The translations under genes and the position numbers were made by a program. Shown here one piece after another: positions 43,628-58,760 of a DNA stretch of 64,000 nucleotides. Position 1 is the stretch's first letter. Every line of letters begins with the position of its first letter. A model generated the notes under the pieces. The model ran no database searches and had not been told where the DNA came from. It saw nothing but the letters and a program-made list of their open reading frames with translations. This DNA comes from Octopus vulgaris (Eukaryota), in assembly GCA_951406725.2 (NCBI GenBank), contig OX597816.1, positions 82,956,001 through 83,020,000 of the forward strand. The letters are read 5' to 3'.

Positions 43628-43810
43628 TGGAGATATCAGATAACAAGAATGTGAGAATGGAAAACATAAATAAGGTTCATAATAATAGATGTTTTGGGAT
43701 TGATAAAAAGAGTCAGAAATATACATGACCACAGCAACAGTACTTACAAATATGCATGTCACATAGAAAATAGTACAACTGGGACTGAATTACTTAAGAG
43801 TGCTTTCGCT
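43628..43810 (+). mobile_element. Decayed R4/Dong-type 3' fragment
   Basis: Remnants QITRM*..IIIDVLGLIKR..KIVQLG parallel the RLE C-terminus at 62770-62955; starts directly after (AAT)n. Confidence 0.5.
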
Positions 43811-43940
43811 ACAATGTACAAAATAGCTAACACAAAAGAACTCACTTTATGACCTCAAATTATGCACTGCATAACGCTCGGTTATGTAGTGAAACACGCT
43901 GTAACGACAAAACAATTGATGATGATGATGATGACAACAA

Positions 43941-44493
43941 ATGCCCTGATGCAAAACCGGGCTTCTGATCTTAACTGATTGGAAGTGTTAACAGGTACAT
44001 GATTTGTCTTGCTGTAAAAAAATATTCTGCTCAATATCACAGGTTTGCTTGTCAGTTGCTTGAACTTAACTAGTTGAGCGTGTCTCATTACTATCTGACG
44101 ATATGTGCATCTCTCATAACGAGCAGGAGCAGTGGGGAAGCTTCATAGACGTGTGTTGAGAGAGATTCTTTAGGGTTTGAATAATTCATCCCTGGAATAG
44201 CTGTTTTATTTATCATTCATTAAACAAGTTTTATTTAGGGAGCTTTTGAGCGGGATGGGCTCCTCGACCTTTTGAGCAGGATGGGCTACTCGACCTGAAG
44301 AAAATTCTAACTGGGCCCCACCTGCAAGGTCATGAGCAGTTTATTTTGGTTGTGATGCATGATGCGGACATATGGTTGTGATGCATGTGCCTGGTGTACC
44401 CTTTTATCAAACGGGTAGTCATGATGGGTATATTGGGCTTCGTATATCTGTACCCCAGCGTCACCTTGATGGTGTGTGCTGCTCTCCCACTCA
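43941..44493 (+). mobile_element. ~550-bp non-coding interspersed repeat ending in (AAT)n (copy 1)
   Basis: Collinear with 62031-62580 from TGCCCTGATGCA to CTGCTCT..CAATAAT; small internal tandem duplication at ~44243-44296. Confidence 0.85.
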
Positions 44494-44499
44494 ATAATG

Positions 44500-46440
<1,941 letters not shown>

Positions 46441-46589
46441 GCTGCGAGCAGCTGACACTTTCCATCACACCCAGCAAAATAAGCTGTGAGTTTTCATATA
46501 ATAATAATGATTTCTTTTATTTGCCACCAGGGCGAAAGATGAAGGGAACAATACAAAGAGACACATCATGTGTTGGGGTTTACATATAA

Positions 46590-47170
46590 TGAAATGAGAC
46601 TTGCTCAAAACCATTACAAGTTGTGGAGACAGGATGAGGTGGCGAAAGTGCTACACTGTAAACTATGTGAAAAGTGGAGTCTAGAGAAAGACAAGATGTT
46701 GTATGAGCATAAACCACAGAGAGGAGCTGAGTCGGAGACCTGCAAAATCCTCTGGGATTAACAAATCTAAACAGGTCAAGTGCTAGAGCATAACAAGCCG
46801 GACCTAGTGGGGATGGACAAGATGTACTACATGTGCTACATAATTCATGTTGCGAGCCCTTTTGACGAACGAATAATCAAGAAGGAAGGCGAAAATATAG
46901 ACATGTACAATCCGCTTAAGTACGAAATAGCTTGGCTATGGAAAATAAAGAAAGTGAAGATAGTGCCAATTATTGTTGGATCCTTAGGAACAGTATCAGA
47001 AGGCATCAAGAAGAATATAAAGGTAATTGGAATAGAGTACCCAGTAGAAATGTTACAAAAGATTTTCCCCCTTGGCACGGCCAGAATAATCAGGAAAGTA
47101 ATAGATAGTTGAAAAGAACAGCTAGCATGGTAGCGTAGGCTGCACGTAGCCTGCATGCAAGACTCCAAGA
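46590..47170 (+). mobile_element. Second R4/Dong-type family, RLE-domain fragment
   Basis: KILWD, HNKPDLV, KYEIAWLW..VPIIVGSLG..LQK..GTARIIRKV* (ORF 46780-47112). Confidence 0.88.
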
Positions 47171-47194
47171 GTAACATAATGAAATTCATACAAA

Positions 47195-48778
47195 GATTTT
47201 TCACCAGACGAAGGGTTGCGCCATGAGTACCTCCTTAGCAATTAATTTCGCTAATGTCTTCATGGCGAATATCGAGACACAGTTACTGAAGACATTCAAA
47301 TCTCTTCATGGTCAAGAAACATTACTCTGGTTACGGTTCTCTGATGACGTATTTTTTGTCTTGGAAGAATCACAGGGTAGTTCAATGGACTTCTTGCATT
47401 TCAGTGACTGTTAGACTAAAAACTATGGCTTTAAGTCCAATATAAAATTTACGTCTAGTTTTCCAAAAACTAACGTTGGACACAAAAGTTAAGTTTTCTG
47501 GAGGCAGAATAGTGACAGAGTTATTTTGCAAGCCTTCGTCATCCCAGATTTATCTCGACCGCCGTTCCGATCATCCACATCATATTATTCGTTCGAATCC
47601 GAGATCCCAATTTTTGAGGACAAAACGGATTTGTACTGACATGGGGGATTACTGGAAACGTGCAAATGCTTTTGTACATCATTATATCAAACACGGTTAC
47701 AGTGAATCATGATTAAAGGAAATAGCAAACGAAATAGCTAAGATTAGCAAAGATAGTCAAACCCTCACGCATAATTTTAGCAAACACAATACAATTGATG
47801 ACAATTCTTTTAGTGATTAACTGGCACCGAAATTTCGCTGGCATTCAAAAGTGTTGCATGAAAGTTACCAGCGTGTAGCGAAAAAATATCTTCGTTTCAA
47901 ACAGATATTTCCTCAGCCGCCTATTGTAGCCTTTAGACAGAATAAGAATATAAGAGAATTATTGACCTCTATTTCTGACTCCAAGAAAACGAACATTGGA
48001 GTATCTGTCCGCTGTACCTTGAAAAACAGCCGCAAGAGAGGTAAGCCCTGTTCATTATGCAACAACATGAGTTAAGTGAATTCCATCAGGAACCATAACA
48101 GAAATGTTATGATGTAGAGATTCCCATTTGGTGTACGCGGCAAAATGCACGAAACACAACTTGATTTATGTTGGTTGTACAAGAGAACAATTAAACAAAA
48201 GATTTAATGGGCACAAATTCGACGTCAGGCACAATAACAGTAGTTCGACAGGACTTGCTGAACATTTCGTTTCAAACGGCTGCAATTTTGAAAAAGACTT
48301 GAAAGTGCATATTCTCAGAAAATATTCTGAGTCTGTTTCACTTTCACTTCTCAGAATGCATGAGGAGAAATGTTCGCGGGTTATTAACATCACGCCCTGG
48401 AGGAATGAATAAAAGAACAGGAGAATATCATCAAATTTATACAAAACTGTTTGATTAAATATTCTTTTTTTTCCCTTTTTCTTTTCTTCTTTCCTCTTTT
48501 TTCTGTCTTTTACTGTCTTTTTCTTTTCACCTGTTATAAAATTGAAACTTAAAGACTGATAATATCATTCCATCAACGTGTGGATGCTGGTTGCACCCAT
48601 TCATACTTTAATTTTAAATTTCTATAATTTTGAATTTTTATCACCTCTTATTTTGAACTTGACAAAGACAAACTTACTATCGAAATATCGTTCAACCAAT
48701 AAAATATCTAGTACAATCGAATCGAGCTCTTTGTCTTGTGTATTTACCTTTGCGAAGTGTTACGTCAATCCTTTTAAA

Positions 48779-48780
<2 letters not shown>
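47195..48780 (+). mobile_element. Penelope-like element relic (RT C-terminal half, GIY-YIG endonuclease, 3' pLTR)
   Basis: QTKGCAMST..FANVFM, WLRFSDDVF, KPSSSQIYLDRRSDHP..SQFLR, KPCSLC, VYAAKC..IYVGCT..LNKRFNGH; T-rich 3' region, then an HHR motif. Confidence 0.92.
48653..48695 (+). ncRNA. Minimal type I hammerhead ribozyme in the PLE 3' pLTR, U3-A8 core variant
   Basis: Stem I TTGAAC/GTTCAA (6 bp); core TTGACAA; weak stem II GAC..ATC; GAAA 48682-85; palindromic ATAT stem III; AUC triplet ending 48689. Confidence 0.75.
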
Positions 48781-48850
<70 letters not shown>

Positions 48851-48861
48851 TAATAATAATA

Positions 48862-49077
48862 ATCCTTTCTACTATAGGCATAGGGCCTGAGGTTTTGGGG
48901 GTGAGGACAATCGATTACATCGACCCCAGTGATCCACTGATACATAATTTATCGACCTCGAAAGGATGAAAGGCAACGTCGACCCCGGCGGCATTTGTAC
49001 TCAGAACGTAAAGACAGGCGAAATACTGCTTAAGCATTTTGCCCGGAATGCTAACAATTCTTCCAGCTCGCTGCCTT
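48862..49077 (-). mobile_element. SINE family A inserted in an (AAT)n tract
   Basis: Full reverse-complement copy with (AAT)n on both sides. Confidence 0.88.
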
Positions 49078-49080
49078 AAT

Positions 49081-49131
<51 letters not shown>

Positions 49132-49232
49132 TAATAATAATAATAATGATGATGATTATGATGATGATTATGATGATGATGATGATGATGATAATAAGAA
49201 TGATGATGATGATAATAATAATGATAATAATG

Positions 49233-49288
<56 letters not shown>

Positions 49289-51561
49289 TATTATTATTAT
49301 TATCATTATTATTATTTTGTCTTCAAGGGAGTCGTTCCCTAGGCTTTCTGAACAGATGGAAGCAGCTTGATTAAATACAATGTCAAGAAAGTTAATTGTT
49401 TTTGGTTAGTGCCTGTCTGTTATAATACTGAGATACTGAGCTTTAGTTCTTTGAAGGTATTAGACCTTCACTAAAATTATCTAGTTGGAAACCATGCATG
49501 GTCTTGGATACTAAGTGCCTATACATACATACATACATACGTTACTTATTAGTTCATCCGTCGTTGTCGACGGTGACCAAGGACATCACATGGGAGAAGA
49601 CATGCATACAAATACATATTTGTGTGTGTATGTGCGTATGTGAAGTTCTGTCTATCTAGTAATCTAAATTAATTCGAAATATTATTAGTTTCATTATAAA
49701 CTACTGCCGTTTATTTCCAAGCAAATCTTTCAGTTCAAATATACATGGATGGTCTTTTTTGAAAAAAATTGAGAAAGAACGCTGGTCAAGTAAGGACCCT
49801 TTTCTTTGGGAAAACACAAGAAAGGACGAGTGAAAGGTAAAAGAAAACTGGAATAAGAAAAGAAAAAAAAAAAGAAAAGAAAATTAAGAATTGCGTCCGT
49901 TTGGCCAGTTCAAATCAGAGTTAATATGGGGGTGTTAAATCAGGTGATCTTGGTGGCCAAAATCCCTTTGAAATAATCCATTCACCGAAAAACTCTTTAA
50001 GTAACGCCATGGCAATGCGCAAGATGAAAAAAATTCACTGCAGAGAGACTTTTTGAACACACTGTATAACATACAGGTATAAATTAGAGCATCTCTTTTC
50101 AAGGAGTGGCAAATACTTCTAGTATCAAATAAATTAAAACAAAATATTGCTTAATATGATATAAGCAGCACTACGGTACATTACAAATCAAAACACTTGG
50201 TTAGAAGAAGCAGAGACCAAAACTTTATCCAATATAAATTACATTGACGAAGAGTCGTCCCACTCAAGAATAATCTATGTTGTTACTCAATGAACTTATA
50301 TATTGGTGAAACTTCTATGTGCCTTTGCAGACAGTGCATCTTCGAATGAGGCATCATACACACTTAAGAAAATGCATTTAAAATTCGTTGATAAGGGAAA
50401 ATGAAAAGGAGAATTGAAATTCCTTGGTGAGATTACAGACTAGAAACATAGCATCGAACATCTTGATCCTAATAAATCCAGTCCTCAAGCAATCGGCAAA
50501 GTATTATGATGAGACATCATATAACGGCAATAAACACGCCAGAAATTTCGACATCTAGGACAGGTCATAAAATCTCACTTATTTAACATAAGTAAATATG
50601 CAAGGGTATGTGTCTAAAATATACAATAATGGCTTCTGCTTCATATGCGACGCTGACTGGTCTCGAATCCCCATCACTCAGACACTCCTGACTCACTCGT
50701 CTTTCTACTTATCATCATCTTTTTCCGTGCTAAACCCTATGCCTAATCCGTCCTCTCCAGAACGTTGGCCCTGTAGAATAATCTTCCCGATCATGTCATT
50801 TCCTGCAGATGTTGACATGCAACGGTTCAACGGAACATTAACAGTAACAATCTTTCCACTTTCGGAGGGCCTGCAAGGGCCATAGGCTCTGCTTACTTCT
50901 TCTAGGCTTAACAAGCACCCCGCACCCCGCCCCAAATGTTAGTGTAGGAGGTAGCGTTTTAACTACTTCAGGAAATAACAACTCGGTCCGTAAAAAGTTC
51001 TATTGACTTTGGCTGGAAGCCTCCAGTAACAACCATGACCAAATTTAAGGATTAAGGCTATGGACTTGACCGTTGATAGCAAGAAGGTAAATGTGACAAC
51101 AGTGATTGAAGCCAGGTTCATAATAGTAATCTCATCAAAGAGAGCAGGACTCTAAGCGGCGGTCCCTTCTAAACTGAGGTTCCGGCAGTATAAGATCTGC
51201 AGATGAAGTAGTGGAAGAGTGGTGTCACCCTAGTGTATAGTCCAAAATACCTGAAATTACATAACCTGAAGAAGCCGGAGTCTAAAGGACAAACAAGAAC
51301 TCTTGACAGATATTGGAATTATGTGTGAATATTTATAGCAAATTTTCACATAGAAAAGAAGCGAGAAAAAACATTTGAAATAAAGATTCTTTGAACAGTT
51401 TTTTTGCGGTTTTAATAGTACAAGAAAATAATTAAATCCGTATACTAGTGAAACATCACAGAAAATGTTGAAAGTATGACGCAATGTTTTCAACAGATGT
51501 CTTAAAGAAAATCTGTTTCCCATATTATACATACATACATATGTATGCAAGCGTGTGTATG

Positions 51562-51593
<32 letters not shown>

Positions 51594-52233
51594 AATAAAT
51601 GTGCGTGTGTATATATGATCATGTGTGTGTGTGTATGTATTCGTGCACTTGTGTGTTTGTGTATGCATATATATTTCTACAATTTACGACTTAAGATTTT
51701 AATATAAACACGAACGAATAACTATAAACATCAATATGAGATTAAAAACAGCGCAACGAACCCACTGAGATGAATCAAAGAACATGTACATTTTTCGTAT
51801 CTAGGGAACGCTCTATCAAATTGCTCGAGGGTGGCGTTCATGCGGTTTCTTGATTTATTAGAAATAGCAGTTTTATCTCTCTCAAATCACATCCTAGCAA
51901 TAAAAAAATGAAGGTAATGTGTCCTTAACATACAGAAAAGATTGGAAAATAATAAAGACTGGACAGAGACAGCTACAAAGACAGCGAGGCAGATAGATAC
52001 ACAGCTACACTGACATGCAGCTTCACAGACGGACAAATATACAGTTACATGGATATGTAGATAATGGGTATATAGACAGGTTTATAGACAAACATATAGA
52101 TTGGCAGGCTGTTTGTTAGATAGGTTGATGTACAGAGGAAAATATATCTCTTGCATCCCTACAATGCTTCTTAAACACACACACACACATATATATAATC
52201 ACGTACAAATAATTATATATATATATATACATA

Positions 52234-52396
52234 GGCGCAGGTGTGGCTCTGTGGTGAGAAGGTTGCTTTCCAGCTACATGGTTCAGGGTTCAATCCTACT
52301 GCAAGGCACCTTGGGCAAGTGTCTTCTACTATAAATTCGGGCCGACCAAAGCCTTGTGAGTGGATCTGGTAGACGGAAACTGAAAGAAGTCCGTCG

Positions 52397-52427
<31 letters not shown>

Positions 52428-52647
52428 GTGTGTGTGTGTCTGTGTCGTGCCTGTCCTACTACCACCGCTTGACAACCGGTGTTGGTGTGTTTATGTACCC
52501 GTGACTTGGCGGTTCGGTAAAAGAGACCGATAAGATAAGTATCATGCTTAAAAATAAGTCCTGGGGTCGATTCATTCGACTAAAAATTCAAGGCGCTGCC
52601 CCAGCGTAGCCGCAGTCTAATGATTGAAATAAATAAAAGATAAAAGA
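52234..52647 (+). mobile_element. tRNA-derived SINE family B, full length with internal (TA)n(TG)n
   Basis: Head GGCGCAGGTGTGGCTCTGTGGTGAGAAG, B-box-like GGTTCAATCC, body to the TAAAAGA tail; multiple partial copies in the window. Confidence 0.9.
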
Positions 52648-55245
52648 TATACACCTGCATTATGACGTAGTCATGTAAACGAATATAAAAGAAGGTGCCT
52701 TCGTATACCAGGGATAGGGTTGGACATATTTAATGAAGGTCATCAAAAATTAATTAAAAATACTGTGGTGAGGAGAAACAAACATTAATTCAATAGCTAG
52801 TATAATTCCGAACATATTTCGGGCTAATTAGACATCTTCAACAAAAAATAGACTTTCAATGTACTCGTTGAAGTAGTGATTAAAGAGTCACTAAATAGAC
52901 GTGGAAAATAAGCATTTAAAAAAATAAGCTCCGATGTTACTTAAATACACTCATACATGAATTTTTTCCGGTGGAGTACCTCAATAAAATAAATGCTCAT
53001 ACAGTATAATCAAATCGGGATTTTGGATGGACGAATTAGCAGGGGTTCGGACAAAATGCTTTACCGTATTTTGTTACGCCCCTTGCAGTCCGAATTCAAA
53101 TCTCGCCTTGGTCGATGCACCATTCTTCTCCAAGATTGGTATGACAGACAGTGAATTACTGTGGTCTATCTATGCAATCAATGTAAGATCGCATAAGAAA
53201 TTTAGTGCAAAGTTGGTAACTGTATATTCTTGGAGATAGTCTGAGTACGTTTTTACGAACGATTTCCGGAAGATAATTTTAAAAAGTTCTTCTGACCATG
53301 CTACCAAGGCCGGAGGACATACCGGTTGTAAATGAACCGCATGAATACCTACATGCGGTCAGCTAGATTTGTTCAAAATGCAGGGAGAACGATGGAACCC
53401 AGCTCTAAACTTTCGTTTAATGTTCGGGGATGCCTGGTTTGTGGAATTATGTTGAAGAGTTGCTTTTTCTGTGTTGTACTGACTGGTCTATTTGACAATA
53501 TTCTGAATATCATCCTGTTGAAGTCCTGTGAAGACGAAAGGCAAGTACTTTTACTCTGTCTGGTAGCTAGGACAAACTAGATAGTCTGGTTGACAAGGAT
53601 GAAAATGCTGTGGACAGAGATTTTTCTCTCTGATTAAAACTTCGTCAACATTTTCAAGTATCACTTGAAGTTGAAGGCGTAGAGGCAAAATATGTGCTAT
53701 TCTCTATTTTATTTATTGAAGGGTGATGAGAGATTATAATATATATTCAGATGAAAGGATTGAAGCTTCAGCTTTATAAAGCCTCTGCTCGGAAACATTG
53801 TTTTGTTAACTAGGTATAACTGTCACAAATCGTTTTCAATATTTACTGGCATTACTGAAAGCTGACAGCCTGAGACGTGGCAGGAAAATGTGTTGGCTAC
53901 AATAGTGATAGCAATAGTCTTAATAATGTAAACGAATTCAGCTCATGTGTTATCAACTACGAATATACGTATATTTAGAAGAAAACAGTTAACAATTAAA
54001 CAGGCAGAACTTAGGTTGCACAATGCGGAACGCCAAAAGAAATGTGTTGAAAATATTTATTTAGAAAATAAAAAAAAAATAGCAAACACAAACAACGACA
54101 ACACAAATAAAAGCATTTAATCTTCATCAAGCGTTGTGGGTCATAAAGACCTACTAAATATAAGCTACCCTTAAAAAGCGCAGGAAGTATGTGAAAAACA
54201 AGCTTTTCTTACCCGAGTAATTTTGACAGATGCATGTCACCTCCCTGAATGAAGGTGATACACATCTGTTTTCGAAACAGTAGTGAAGTATTTTTAAATG
54301 CAATCGAAAATTATGTTAAAGAGAGTTCTGGTTAATAAGTGAATAGATGTTTAATCCTTTGACTGAGGAAGAGTATATGGAAGCATTGTCTGCTTTTTGA
54401 GACCAAGGATAATGCGAGGTGGTCTCAGCTCTTACGTTGTACATCTGATCACAGTACGTGAAGAAAGGGGATACAAAGATAACGTTATTATATATTAGTT
54501 AGTACTGTTGTTCATTCTTAGCTTGTAAAGTACGGACGGGTGGTGTGTGGAGGTGACCTGCAGGGACATGTCAAGGAAGATCTGCATGTACATCCAGTTC
54601 TTGATGACTCCTGAAAACCACAAAAATGCCCAGAATTATACCCAATTTAGGGATCGGAGTAGATCTCAGACAGATTGGCGATTCAGGGCAAAATTCTCAG
54701 TTGTTACGTGACTGGTAATAAAAGTTAGCTGTGAGCTTTCTTTTCAGAAGACAGAAACCAATAGAATAAAGAGATAAAAGGATCGGCAAAGAGCAGCAGT
54801 GACATCCAGAATAGCCTCAGATATGAAAACCATGGCTGCAGCTGAACTTCCTGTTGCTGTTGTTACCGCTGTTCCTAGAGCACCTTCAGTCGCTGCTCCG
54901 AGTGTTACCAGATCACACTCAAATGAAATCACTTTGCTCTTAGCCCCACCAGAAATCGAAAGTTATTTCTAGCAGAAAATCCGAATAACCGTTCCATCCA
55001 TCGAATTGTGGTGATGGAGAGGGGGTTGAGATTGGAGAAAGTTGGGAAATCGTCGGGGAGAGTAAGAAATAGAAAGAAAGGCATCCATAAAAGAACACAT
55101 CATAGGGCAATTAAGTTACTGTATGTCTCAGATCAAATGTCATATGACAATTGCTTGCACGTATTTCACAGTTGTTCGGGTTAAGTTGACAAGAGCTAAT
55201 ATAATGCTTGAATAACCAAAGGTAGACACACACACATACACAGAA

Positions 55246-55289
<44 letters not shown>

Positions 55290-55839
55290 TAAAGTTTGGT
55301 AAACATAGATCAACATCTAGTTCATCAAATGTTTCAGTGCAGCGAGTGAAGAAATAAAACTTGATTCTAAGCGAGAATATTTGACCTCTGTTGGTCAGTT
55401 CAGGATACGTGCAGAAATTTTCAGTAGAATTTGATGCTATGTTGTACCTACTGACGCTAATAGACTGACCCTTCCAGCACGTGGAATAACAAAGAAGATT
55501 ATTCGTTTTCACAAACATGTATACATACAAACTATAGGGTGGCTGTTTACTCTCCTGAGTTATTCCATTTCTTGACAGGTGTCATCTTTCATACCACAGG
55601 CTGTTTACTTTCTTCTCTTGCTTCTTAAAGTAAAATGGAGATAATTCCTTTTTACACACAGTTTGAAATAGGGTCATGTAGAAAGTGAAACTGGTAATAG
55701 GTCCAGCTCAAATGTGAAATGCAGGCGACATTTCAAAATGCATCACTAAATGTTTTAGTTCTGAATGGAAAATGTATGTGGTTATATATGCGCTACTTGT
55801 ATATACATGTATACCTAGAGGGACATTTTCTTTAATCTA

Positions 55840-56120
55840 AGGCGGTGATCTGGTAGAAACGTTATAGTACCGAGCGAAATTTTTAATAAGATGGCGAGCT
55901 GGCAGGAACGTTAGCGCGCTGGATGAAATGCTTAGCAGTATTTCGTCTGCCGTTATGTTCTGAGTTCAAATTCCGCCGAGGTCGACTTTGCCTTTCATCC
56001 TTTCGGGGTCGATAAATTAAGTACCAGTTACGCACTGGGATCGATGTAATCGACTTAATCCCTTTGTCTGTCCTTGTTTGTCCCCTCTGTGTTTAGCTCC
56101 TTGTGGGCAATAAAGAAATA
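55840..56120 (+). mobile_element. SINE family A preceded by an extra truncated head
   Basis: Heads at ~55840 and ~55892; ATATACATGTATACCTAG duplicated at 55801-18 and 56122-39. Confidence 0.88.
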
Positions 56121-56619
56121 TATATACATGTATACCTAGTGTACCTTATATACTCACAATTAACAGGGCAGAATCAAAGATTTAGAAAGCTTAATAAAAA
56201 TGTAATATTTTGTTCAAGGATTTCTTTTGCTTTAGAAGGGGAGTGTTAAGGTTAGGGTTATCGTAGGCTTGTATCACTTACTCTGTTCTGACCCATCTCA
56301 CTTCACTCTCGCCTTCGCCTTCTTCTCTTCCTCATTTCATTCCTCTTTCCTTCTATCTCTCTCACCCAGTTTCTCTCCCTTACTGCTCTTCGTCTCTTAT
56401 AGTTGTCCCAATTTTCCTAACTTAGATGAAGTAAAACTGCTGTTTCTTTTTAATTTCATTTTTGTCATCTTTTCTCTCCAAAAAGGACACTGCTTGAAAC
56501 GCTGGATTTTTCACTTCCTACAGCAACCTTACTGTACTTTTTTGGTCGATATTACTAAATAATACAGACCTTTCAGTTTGATCGCGTATACACACACACA
56601 CTCACACGCACATCCATGT

Positions 56620-56860
56620 GACTATGTGACCGACCAGGCTATCAGACATTGTGAGGCATGGCTGGTCACAATGCGCTTTTTGCATTGTTTTAGCCTTCAA
56701 ATGACACAACACCGCTCGCAGGGTGAGCAGGCCAACATTCCCTCCTGATCGAAAGGGGAACTGGAGCAACGTGAAATGAAGTGTTTTGCTCAAGAACACA
56801 ACACGCCGGCAATCGAACCCTCGATCTAGCGATCGTGAATGTGACAGCCAAACCGCTAGA
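56620..56860 (-). mobile_element. tRNA-derived SINE family D
   Basis: Shares the CTGGAGCAACGTGAAAT.AAGTGT.TTGCTCAAGAA segment with family C but has a different 3' body. Confidence 0.75.
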
Positions 56861-56939
56861 TCAGCTTCAAAAGATTTGTCCTCCCCGTCAGAATAACGAG
56901 ATGGTGGTACTGCTAAGATACCATCTCTGACACACCAAT

Positions 56940-57320
56940 AATGCATCGGACGCATGCTGCTTAAACCAATGTCCAATCTGACAACCCAACCAACGGTCAG
57001 CACCTGGTTGTGTTTAAATCCAACGCGGTGTACCAAATAACGTGCTGCTGCGGGATGACATACACAGGATCGACCAGAAGACACCTTCACCTTAGAGTGA
57101 AGGAACATCTATCTACACAAGGCCACACCAATCAGCGCCGTGTTCCAACACCACCAACACTGTGATGAGGACTTCTCCACCGGGATGCTAGCGACGGGAA
57201 TGGATTCATTTAACCTCAGGATTACAGAGGGACACTTCATTAGGAAGAAGGCACATAACCTAAACCGCCATAATGAGCTGGATGTGTGGAAACACATCTA
57301 CCGCTTCCAGGATCTTTAAC
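56940..57320 (+). mobile_element. Penelope-like GIY-YIG endonuclease fragment (absent from the ORF track)
   Basis: From 57016: KSNAVYQITCCCGMTYTGSTRRHLHLRVKEHL, frameshift, then SAVFQH..LRITEGHFIRKKAHNLNR. Confidence 0.82.
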
Positions 57321-57435
57321 CGACATTACTCATCATGAAGAAAGAGAGAAAAATAAGGATAAAGAAGTACTTACGAAATTAACTATGACGCTCAAAAGCA
57401 ATGTTCCCTCCAGGTCACACGGCATATGTTGGGTA

Positions 57436-57551
<116 letters not shown>

Positions 57552-57921
57552 GTCTATCTGTGTGTCTGTCTGTGTGTCTGTCCGTCCTTCCTTCCATCTG
57601 CCTGTCTGTCTGTCCAGCTGTCCGCCCGTCTGTCTGTCTATCTGTCTATCTATAAATCTATCGATCTATCTGTCTATCTATCTTCTTTTATATATATACG
57701 AACTATTACATCCACAAACCTGTTACAGAAAATTAAACCTTCTTGTACTTCCTTGTACTCTGTACTTATACTTCCTTGTATTCTACTACCTTTTATTGTA
57801 TATTATATTTACTTTAATTTCTTTCATCTTCCCCCTCTAACTTTCTTAACCTCCCCTACTAACGACATTATATGCAAGTATACACGTAGTCATGTGTGGG
57901 TGGGCAAGTATGTAAAAAACG

Positions 57922-57993
<72 letters not shown>

Positions 57994-58381
57994 TAGAGTG
58001 AGGGACGGATAGATAGATAGATAGCTAGATAGACAGACATGTCAGAAAACAGAGAAATTTTGTGTAAGTTGTAGAAATATTTGAACAGGGATATGTTTTC
58101 ATAAGAAAACCGATATTCCTGGGATTACCAAGTTCGTTAGAATCGGTTAATTCCACCCCGTTTTCCCCCATTCATCTTCAATTTGTCTTCTCCTTTCATT
58201 TTCCTTCGGTTTCATCTACCTTCTATACATATATATATATTTTATTCTGTATTCTTTCATCCACCTCTCGTTGTCACCTCCGCCTCATTCTCCATCTCCT
58301 TCTCGCACTTTGTCAAATCTCTCTTACGTAGATGGGAAATTTTGTCTGGGAATATTGTCAATCCAATCCATCGACATACAT

Positions 58382-58498
<117 letters not shown>

Positions 58499-58679
58499 AA
58501 TACATGCCTACATACATAGTACGTACATAGACACGTACATATATACACAAGTCTTTACATACGTAAGTACATACATATATGCATACATATACGTATTTAC
58601 ATATATATAATTTAATATATACCTAAATGCTTATATGTATTTACATATAAACATATATGTAGTATACATTCATGCATAA

Positions 58680-58760
<81 letters not shown>

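Noticed and set aside
50200-50490. IIYVV..YIGET fragment suggesting a third GIY-YIG relic; possible PLE RT trace at 21200-21560 (-)
   Set aside because: Only a few residues are recognisable; not supportable without a profile search.
51262-51305. CTGAAGA followed by GCC..GGAC-AAAC, hammerhead-like
   Set aside because: GAAA is absent and stems I and III cannot be formed convincingly.
54520-54975. Possible zinc-knuckle remnant (WR..LQGHVKED) and Ala/Pro-rich reading, LINE ORF1-like; similar hint at 50700-51250 (-)
   Set aside because: Requires assumed frameshifts and missing cysteines; too weak to call by eye.
56245-56262. TTAAGGTTAGGGTTA telomere-like motif
   Set aside because: Only about two imperfect units; expected by chance.
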